The notes under the pieces were generated by a model. It had not been told where the DNA came from. It saw nothing but the letters and a program-made list of their open reading frames with translations, and made no database searches. Of a stretch of DNA of 64,000 nucleotides, positions 53,807 through 64,000 are shown in pieces (positions within the stretch are counted from its first letter, which is position 1; the number at the start of each line of letters is the position of its first letter). The position numbers and the translations under genes are program-made. The stretch is from Eledone cirrhosa (Eukaryota): positions 122,946,001 through 123,010,000 of the forward strand of contig OZ024741.1 of the NCBI GenBank assembly GCA_964016885.1. Direction: 5' to 3'.

Positions 53807-53852
<46 letters not shown>

Positions 53853-53854
<2 letters not shown>

Positions 53855-53964
53855 AGTAAGTAAGACCCCGACGGCTGAGCTCAAGCCGTTTCGACGGCTA
53901 ATTCTGAGTACAGAATTAGCCGTCGAAACGGCTTGAGCTCAGCCGTCGGGGTCTTACTTACTCC
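53853..53964. repeat. Palindrome built from the 3' half of a hammerhead; family members at 13371-13455 and ~61380-61490
   Basis: GTC-GAAA-CGGCT-tgagctc-AGCCG-TC-GGGGTC on both strands; centre GCTAATTCTG-agta-CAGAATTAGC. Confidence 0.8.
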
Positions 53965-54043
53965 TATTACCCACTCTACTACCCTAAGTATTGAGTACTT
54001 TGGTGCGTTATGGTCCACCTGGTTCCTTACCACTTTTCCCTCG

Positions 54044-54105
<62 letters not shown>

Positions 54106-56185
54106 TAGGCGGGGTAGAAACAGAGCCATTTTTAAGGAACCTTAGTTCCACGGTATGCACATAGTAAAATAGTATTTTAAATAGAAAATATGAAAATAAT
54201 GGTTATGTGACCCCCCACGCATCCCTCGCATACAACCCACCACAATTAAATACCCTAATTTTCTATATCAATCATATAATCTCTAACACATAAATACTAA
54301 ATTGCTAATGGATATGAAACATTTGATCATATAATCACTCTAGAAACCTTGTTTAAAACATCTGATGAGTAAAGATAGCAAAAACATTGAGATATAAGAC
54401 AATTGGTAGGTAGGTACCCCTCCAATATGGTAAAATTACAACTTTTCAATATGTGTTAAAATAATATTTTTTAGAAAATGTATACATTTGTTGAATGATT
54501 TTCTTTTTTTTTTTCAGATTATTATAAATTTAAAATAATAATTTAAGTATATAAAATTATATAATGGCAAGTAGAAGTAAAAGCCGCAATTCAGCATTTT
54601 GATTTCCTGCAGAATTTCCTAAATCAATGACCCCATCAAAAGCTCATGTATTCCGACATTATTTATACATAAGAAAACGTGAAGAACAGATGAAAAATTC
54701 AGCCACTGCGAAAGAATGCTACCGGATTGTTGCTGCAGATGTGCAAACAAAATAGGACACATTTTCTTTTCTTTTTATTGAGTTTGAGGAAATAGCTCTA
54801 AAAATTGAGAGATTGATTGAATCTGCTTATAATTTATACAAAATACCTAACAAGCAAAGAGCTTAAATGTTTAATTGGCAATAAAATTAAAGAATATGTC
54901 ACAAACTTAAAGATAATCAAATTTTCTCCAGTAAAAACTAAAGTGCAGGAATTGCTATTAGAAGTTGTTGATACTTTGAGCTCAGATCAAAAATATATGT
55001 ATGAAATGTGCCTCAGTATTGAGACATGGTTTGTTTCTGAGCAGCACTTAGCAGTAAGATCACCTGGTAAAATATATCATGCAAGGTGGTTAACACGTGC
55101 AGACAGAATCCCCAAAAGAATATTATGGATCTTGTTAAAATCATAACGCAAATATATGCTCTAAGCTGGTTCTGAATTAAATCTCACCCAAAGTTACAAG
55201 GAGCAAGTAATTTTTGGTATATGGCACATCTAATGCAAGATATGAACCAAGATTGTAAAGAAGTTATGGAGAAATCATTAAGAACTAATTCATATTTTGC
55301 CCATCCGGAGAATATTGTACTGACTATGCTGAATGATGGAAGAAGAAAAATTAGGGAAGTAGCAATTCGACGAATTATTAAAGCAAGAACTTTTCCGCGA
55401 ATGCCCCGTGAAGATTTAAGAAATTTCAAACTACCAAACAAAATAAATTTGGAAACACAGGATTATGTTGATTTGATTAACTGGGAAGATGAAGTTATTA
55501 CATCCCCTCCAGTTTTACGGAACTTTACAAATGTTGATCTTCTTAAAGCTCATCCAGGACCATAATGTCATAGCCAAGGAATCGAGTATGACCCCAATTT
55601 AGTAAAAAAAGCTTTTGAAGTCAGAATAGACTACGAAAATAGGCACAAATTCATATTAAATGTACAGAAATCAAGATAAAGTTTACCTCACTTTGACCGG
55701 AAACGACAAAGGTCATTTAATTAAATAGTAATACTATAAATGCTTATTTTATGGTGTTCACTGTTCATGTATTTCGTTTGAGGTTCGTGCATACTTTTTT
55801 ATTTATTGCATATCATAATACTCATTAAGAATTTACATTATTTATAAATACTTTTCTTAATACAGGCATTTTTTAATGAAAAAATATTGATACAAACTAT
55901 ATAAATAAATAGATTCCAATAACTGTTTTTTTCACGTGGGTGGTGGTGCATACAATTTATAAAAGGTTACATTGGTAATATTTAACCAATACAAAATTAA
56001 TAGCATTAAAACAAGTTTACAGTTCCTTAAATTTTCAGTTTTCAAAACGCAGAATTAGGGATGAGGGCTATGCGAGGAGAAGGGAGGATCGCATACTTTT
56101 GAAATTGTGTTAATTTATTTCTCACACAAATTTGAACAGCAAGCAATATGTGGAATCAGAATATAAAATTTCGACACCACCCCTA
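54106..56185 (+). mobile_element. Degenerate cut-and-paste DNA transposon, hAT-like (possibly hATm), with transposase remnants
   Basis: TAGG...CCTA short imperfect TIRs. Remnants at ~54565-55680: LSSDQKYMYEMC, PGKIYHARWLT, NSYFAHPENIVLTML, DLINW..ITSPP, P*CHSQGIE. The superfamily call is from recalled motifs. Confidence 0.6.
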
Positions 56186-56188
56186 ATA

Positions 56189-56224
<36 letters not shown>

Positions 56225-56536
56225 AGGAAAAAAGATGAAATCGAAAATGCAACTCGAGTTTTTTTTATTTTTAATATATATATATATTTGGTACCTTTAC
56301 CCGTTTCGCAGTTCTTCTGCTTTTCAAAAGTAGTGTTGAGATGGAGGGTCTGTGGTTTTTCTCACATCTGTGAGAAAAACCACAGACCCTCCATCTCAAC
56401 CAAATAAATATATATATTTAAAAAAAAAAGACTCCAGTTGCATTTTCGATTTCATCTTTCTTCCTTATACTTTCACTCGTCCTAGGTTATTTTTCATTTT
56501 GTAAAAAAAACCTCACTTTCTAATATATATATATAT

Positions 56537-59474
56537 ACTGTTATATTTGGGGAAGGTCATATTGTTGTAATAATATTGCCAGAATTAATAACAGAACACA
56601 CTCACTGTTTGGTTGGTTTTCGCTTCTGTATATTTTATATCAGTGAATTTACTCGGTCCTCAGTGTTTACCATTGACTGACCAACGGTCAAAAATACAGA
56701 TATAATATAGACACAAACACATATATATAGTCTAACAAAGTTCTTTCGTTGCACATCTGTAGAAGGCATAGTTAGCCTGAAGCAGCGCACAAGGGTGGTG
56801 AGGTAGTATGTCTACCCACGTATAAGTCTGGTAGGATGTCAATAGACAGCATGCCGAACTACATCAAGGCTATGCAATACCACATCACCAACACGAGCGA
56901 AATTACACAGCAAATACATGAGGGGAGAGCGAAAATCCTCAACGCTCACATGATGATGTGGACCGACATCCTAAAGTCAAGCAGATGCACTGCCAACAAC
57001 TTCCAGGCGTCTAACAATGACATACCACCCTTGTATGGGCTCCTCAAAGACCATAAGACAGTTGACGACCCGACAACAGGACCACCAACAAGACCTGTAT
57101 GCGGAGCCAATATCGCTAGCAACTACAGGATCTCCTACTTCCTCTCAATGGTTATACGCCTCATAATCAAGATGTCCTCAGATGTATGTGACAGTACAGA
57201 GGAACTCCTCAGCAGAATCAGTGAGTGCAACACAAACAAAAACCTATCCAACTGCATAATAGGCAGTATGGACGTGGTATCACTATACCCATCCATTAAC
57301 ATTGATTTTGCTGTGGAAAAATGTGTGGAGATGATCAGTGAGAGTGAGGTGGAGTTCTGCGATGTCGACACAGACGAACTGAAGCTCCTACTTAGACTTA
57401 CCTATGACACTGACTACCTAGACAGGCATGACCTTAGCCGTTTCTGCCCCAGTAGACCCATAAGAGGTAGACCACCTACAATAACCTCAATGTCAAAAGA
57501 GACTCCCATGGGAAGGTGGATTGGGTGGACCAAAGTCATACGGACCCCACAAAACAATGATTAGGTAAGAAAAATGGTCGCATATGCAATAGGGGCTAGT
57601 ATTAAATCTACCCTAAAGGGCCACATATTCAAATTCAACGAGAAGATCTACACCCAAAATGAGGGAGCAGCCATTGGCATCAGCATAGCTGGTGACATTG
57701 CCAACCTTTTCATGGTATGGTGGGAAAGGAGACTCAAAGAACTTCTTGATGAGAGCTCCATAGACCTCATCATGTACTCTCGTTACGTAGACGACATCAA
57801 TATAGTAATAAGGACATCCCCACAAGAGAGTACTAACAAGTATGATTTAGAATGTAGCACAATTTAAAGCATCCAGCAGATAGTTAATTCCATACAACAG
57901 AGTATAACTGTAACTATCGACTACCCTTCCAAACACCCTAACAATAGACTACCTGTATTAGACACGGAACTCTGGATTAACACTTCAGACGAGAGAGCCC
58001 AAATTCTCCACTCACACTACGCTAAACCCATAGCCTCCAAATACCTGATACTCAAAAACTCGGCAATGTCTAGTAGTGCTAAATTTAATATTCTGATCGC
58101 AGACTTGGTACGAGTGATGAAGAACGTGCCCCGCATGTGCGACCCAGCAGAAATGGAAATACACATCCAACACGCCATGAACTGCATGCGGTTCTCTGGT
58201 TACAACCAAAGAGATAGAATCAGAGTATACGAAGGAGCCACGGCGAGGTATAAGACTCTCATAGAACTGGACATGAAAGGAATTTGCCCATTATACAGGA
58301 GCAAATCATGGAATAGCTTAGATAGGTCTAAACATAAGATAGGGAAAGCCACCTCATGGTACGACAACCAGAGATACCAGAGTGTCATGTTCGTGGACGC
58401 TACCCCTGGAGGGAAATTAGCTAACCAGTGTAGAAAGGTCCTGAGAAAGACCCACTTAAAGATTAAGGTGATAGAAAAGCCACGAACCACCATAAAATCC
58501 ATGATCAACAAAACATACCCTTTTAAGAAAATCCACTGTACTAATAGGAAATGTATTATATGTAAAGTAAACCACCGGATAAACTGTAAAAAAAACTAGA
58601 AACGTAGTCTATAGCATAAGATGTACAGAGGGTACTTGCAGAAACATGACAACAACATACATAGGCGAGAGAGCTCGTAGCATAGGTGAAAGGATAGACC
58701 AACACTGGGGGGAACTAAAAGAACAAAAACACGGTTCAGTACTATACGAACACGCCAGACAACAACATAACGGTAACATAGACAACATATAAATTAAAAT
58801 AATATATAAACATAGAAATGACCCAGCAGATAGGCAAATCAGAGAGGCCAGTGAAATAGAACTTAGAAGGCCAAAGCTAAACAGAAAAAATGAATGGAAT
58901 AACAACAACATGCAAACAAACAATACTGACCTAAGAGAAATATAAATAAATAAATAAATAAATAAATAAATACACAAACACAATAACAACAAACACATAT
59001 AAACACACACTAGTAAACTAAGATAGAATAAAATAACCAAAACACAGTCACCCAAACACGAACACACATCAAACACTATACACACACGCAAACGCATGCG
59101 CAGATAAGACGAAAATAAATAAATAAATAAATAAACAGATTAAATCAAGATGGCGTAGGCATACAATACAATAGGAGGAAATATAATAGCACCACTGACG
59201 ATGTTGCAGATGTGCAACGAAAGAACTTTGTTAGACTATATATATATGTGTTTGTATCTATATTATATCTGTAATTTTGACCGTTGGTCAGTCAATGGTA
59301 AACACTGAGGACCAAGTAAATTAACTGATATAAAAGATACAGAAGCGAAAACCAACCAAACAGTGGGTGTGTTCTGTTATTAATTCTGGAAATATTATTA
59401 CAAAAATATGACCTCCCCAAGTATAACAATATTTGTTTCGACAGACGATTTCATATCAAAAACCTCGCAAAACT
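56537..59474 (+). mobile_element. EN+ Penelope-like element of a non-Naiad clade, 5'-truncated, with inverted pLTR (56537-56759 vs 59207-59430)
   Basis: PPLYGLLKDHK, TRPVC, GSMDVVSLYPSI, QNEGAAIG, SRYVDD, LPVLD..W, FVDATPGGKL, C..C..C, NVVYSIRC..YIGERARSIGER. Stops at ~57562 and ~57865; frameshift at ~58597. Confidence 0.88.
59191..59232 (+). ncRNA. Minimal hammerhead in the 3' pLTR of that PLE
   Basis: ACCA-CTGACGA-T-GTTGCA-gatg-TGCAAC-GAAA-GAAC-TT-TGTT; same GAAAGAACTT as 30148. Confidence 0.65.
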
Positions 59475-59500
59475 ATATATATATATATATGTATGTATGT

Positions 59501-59578
<78 letters not shown>

Positions 59579-59872
59579 ATATATATATTTGTTTTGTAAG
59601 GTTTTTGATACGAAATCGTGAGTTGAAACAAATATTTTTATATTTGGGTAGGGTCATATCGTTATAATATTGCCAGAAATAAAATTACAAACTCTTACTA
59701 TTTGCTTTTCTACGCATTTTCTATGGACATTTCTACGCATTTCTTTAATGCGTAGAAATGTCTGTGATCTCCAGCAGACAACTGATGAAGGGAAATATCC
59801 CACGTTTGTGCCTTCCTCTTATTTATGATTACACTTTACCCAGAACCACACAGCCCCTGTTTCTTCACAAAA

Positions 59873-59929
<57 letters not shown>

Positions 59930-59957
59930 TATATATATACATATATATCTATATATA

Positions 59958-59997
<40 letters not shown>

Positions 59998-60001
59998 TAT
60001 G

Positions 60002-60142
<141 letters not shown>

Positions 60143-60370
60143 CAGAGTCGTCGAGACACGACGTTTGATCTCTTGCCGATTCAACAGCTGGTTCCAGATT
60201 ATTTGCCGAAGGGTTTGGTGGTTTATTGGCTGTATCATCAAGTGTGTGTTTTGTCCAAATAACGGTAATTTTTTAATATTGCACTATCTAATTTTAAAAC
60301 TTTAAAATTCTCCGATGCTGTAAACAAACCTAAATTTAAGAAAACCGCTAAGCTGTGTATCTTTTTATAC

Positions 60371-60495
<125 letters not shown>

Positions 60496-60542
60496 AGAAA
60501 AATGGAGTGGCGCGTGGTTGCACACGGGTTACACATGAATAA

Positions 60543-61362
60543 AATTAGTCCTTCATCAGTGATCTTCCAACCTTCATTGGTATTTCATCGCTTCAAAAAT
60601 CATATACCTCTGATTGGTGCGATCACTAACTAAATAAAGTTATTGGGACAAGTAAAATAGGGTGAAGCGAGCGAGACATGTAAACAGACAAAGATGGTAT
60701 TGCAATGGAAAGATAGGAAGAGACAAGTACATGATATCTATAAGCTTAAGCTTGGTGAATTCATCGACGAGAGATACAGACCATCCGACATGGGTGAGAT
60801 GTGAGCGAGAAAAGGATTTCACACAGATCAAACGGGAGGAAGTGAGATAGGGTGAGAAGCATAGAGTGAGTGGGTGGAAGCACTCCATTTTTCTTATATT
60901 TATATTTTTTCCTCAGCTGCGATTGTCTGTTTCTTCCTTACTGCTTGCCCTCTCTCTGTATCTCTCACCTTCTTTTTACCCTCTCTGCCAGCCACACACT
61001 CTCTAGGCTGGCCTATTCCACACACTTCCACTCGCTCACTCTCTGCTTCTCCCCCTCTCTCATTTCCTCCCGTTTGACCTGTGTGAAATCCTTTTCTCGC
61101 TCACATCTCACCCATGTCGGATGGTCTGTATCTCTCGTCGATGAATTCACCAAGCTTAAGCTCATCGATATCATGTACTTGTCTCTTCCTATCTTTCCGT
61201 TGCAATACCATCGTTGTTTGTTTACATGTCTCGCTCGTTTCACGCTATGTTACTTTTCCCAATAACTTTATTTAGTTATTGCTCGCACCAACCAGAGGTA
61301 TTTGATTTTTAAAGCGATGAAATACCAATGAAGGTTGGAAGATCACTGATGAAGGACTAATT
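60543..61362. repeat. ~330-bp-arm inverted repeat between (TA)n tracts, ending in a hammerhead 5' half (CTGATGAAGGACTAAT)
   Basis: Mirror ORFs 60662..60850(+) and 61013..61243(-); the arms have diverged by several substitutions. Confidence 0.85.
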
Positions 61363-61490
61363 ATATATATATATATAAGTTACCAGGTGGACCATAACGC
61401 ATGAGAGTACTCGATACTTAGGGTAGTAGAGGCGTTCGGATCTACCTGTCGAAACGACTGGAGCTCAGCCGCCGGGGTCCTGACTATTTT

Positions 61491-61574
<84 letters not shown>

Positions 61575-61661
61575 TGCGTCCATGTGTCTGTATATATATG
61601 AATGTTTTTATGTATGCATGTGTAGACGTACATGTTAATGTAAATGCATACACACACACAC

Positions 61662-61764
<103 letters not shown>

Positions 61765-62400
61765 GAGCAAAACGAGGTTTCACATATAGTTGGCTCAGGA
61801 TCCATGTTAATGTTATATACCCAACTCAAATCTCTTTTTCACACACACATATTTATATCCATGTGTGTGTGTGTTTGTGTGCGTTTGTAATTGTGAGTAA
61901 GTGTATACGATCAAGTAGACTTATATATAGTAAGATTGATAAAAATGCGTGTGCGTTGGATGTATAATTATGTACTTATGGACCTGATAATCATTTGTAT
62001 TATTGTTATTGTGTAAACTGTGTTAGGTTTACAATCTTACATAAGAAATAATCAATACATGTATAAAGGCACGCAAACATATCTTATTATATAAATGGAC
62101 AAATAAAAATAGTTCAAAACTGACAAACTCCCCAGATTTCCTTTTGTAAATAATCTGCGGCATTAAATATTTACTTTATAAATGTGTATCTAATGGTCTG
62201 TACACAATATAAAGGAAAGACATTTTAACTACAGACCTGTTAAATGCCATCACAATGGACGTTAAAATACAACCATACATAAGGTCACATTTAAGTATAA
62301 AGCGTGTCTCGTTAAATATAAAGCTATTCTGAAGGCTTTCCATGAAACAAGAAAATACATAAAGACGACGCATATTATTAAGACAAACACAATAACTTTA

Positions 62401-62464
<64 letters not shown>

Positions 62465-64000
62465 CTGAGAATATCGACGTTCAATCTTTATGTTTCTTTT
62501 CTTAATGGCATAAAAATGTGATTTTATATAATATTGTCTTTGAAGCCTTTAATATTTTTGTACATGTCATTTACAAAATTCATAAACTCATTAAACGTCT
62601 TCTATAGCCGACTACTAACATAAATATTTCATTGCAAGTGAGCTCATAAATTTCATATATCAATATATTATATAGGAATTTGAGAGAGGGGCGTGGAGAG
62701 AGAGGTGGTGTGAGAAGATAAGAGAAAAGAAAGAACAATGAGAAAGAGAAACAGAAGTATTTTAATCTATCACCCACCCCTGATGGAATGTATAACATTT
62801 TTTTATAGAATTTGATTAGACTTAGAAGGAGAATTTTTATATTTGAATAGCAATTTAACTTCATAGGTAAGCTGACTTGTACTATAGTGTTATTGCCTTG
62901 TTTGTTTATATATATTGTTGCTGTTTCCTAGTCTCGAGAGATAAAATAGCGAATGATTTACGTCAGTGGATGACGAGGGAGATGCAATGAAACAGCCAGT
63001 CCAACTTGCAGGGCTCGTTCTTGCTAATGAGTATCTCCATCCCATTCGAAGCAAAACATACTTAAACATTCCTTTCAAATAATGATGAGCAATAATTCTA
63101 TTATCAATTGTATCTGTTTTATTGTAGATGCTTTATCGTCCCGCCAGACAGAATGGCGAATGCATTAACTCATAAGAAGGTTGAGTGTATGGAAACAGAG
63201 AGGATGTCAAGTTTCCATATTTTCGCACAGCCATCTTCACCCACAACAAAGTAAGTAATGTAATTGCTTAGGCATCCAATACGCCAAGTATTTTCACAGC
63301 TAATATTTAGACGAGTTGTGCGAAAACAGTCTGTTCACCCAGGAAACATTTAACTGTATTTTAGTAGACTGGAATTTACAAATTTCAGCTATGCAGACAT
63401 ACCACAGCAATACCTGTCAACAGGGCTTTCATATAATTCCTCCTCTTACTTTCGAATGAACCATAAGAGATTAAAATTATCGAGAAACTTGGTTAATATC
63501 TGTGGACAGAATATGATATTTAAATTTTATATGATGCAAATAGCAGTTCCCACACACACTACTCTGAGAGCTTAACTAATAGGATTCCTACTTTGTTTTG
63601 TGAATGCATCACGAACTAATGGGAACGACAAACAATTTACAATCATGAGGTTCACAGTTCGATCCCATTGCGTGGCACTACGACCAAGTGTATTATACCA
63701 TAGCCTCGATTCCAGCCAAGCCTCGTCAATGAAATTCATTCCGTCGGAAATAAGATTCTGCAAAAAAAATATTTTCTTTGCCAGAGAATGTAAACCTCTT
63801 TGTAGTGTATTGGAAGCACACACATATATGTCAGTAATTTAGTATTTTTTCTTCCTTCTGATAAACATCTGAATAACTATTCTATTCTCTTTAGGAACGT
63901 TTCCGTTGCCTATTTATATAACAATATAACAATATCTACTATTGCTTTTATATTTGTATGCGTTTATATCCAACATCCAAGACATTAATCTTAATACACT

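Overview
Eukaryotic, very AT-rich, microsatellite-dense genomic DNA, probably from a cephalopod: the tRNA-derived SINEs resemble octopod SINEs from memory, and this was not checked by a search. No host protein-coding gene can be identified with confidence. The window is a graveyard of transposable elements. (1) Penelope-like elements (PLEs): five Naiad-type pieces (GGLYRDD RT motif, CxCx5Cx5C linker and/or C-terminal GIY-YIG) and one PLE of a different clade (YVDD). One Naiad-type ORF is uninterrupted and runs off the left edge, so the ORF track missed it. (2) A full-length but disrupted Tx1/L1-clade LINE, directly behind an internally deleted copy of itself. (3) R4/Dong-like and RTE LINE 3' fragments. 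(4) Several non-autonomous Helitrons, a hAT-like transposase remnant and a TTAA-flanked fold-back element. The most striking unlisted pattern is about a dozen type-I hammerhead ribozyme motifs (CUGANGA...GAAA...UH). They sit in PLE terminal repeats and in tiny ORF-less elements. These elements share one architecture: (TA)n, an inverted partial copy of the element 3' end, body/ribozyme, tail, (TA)n. It recurs from about 100 bp up to several kb, and the fold-back point often falls inside the ribozyme. Most short ORFs in the track are microsatellite artefacts.
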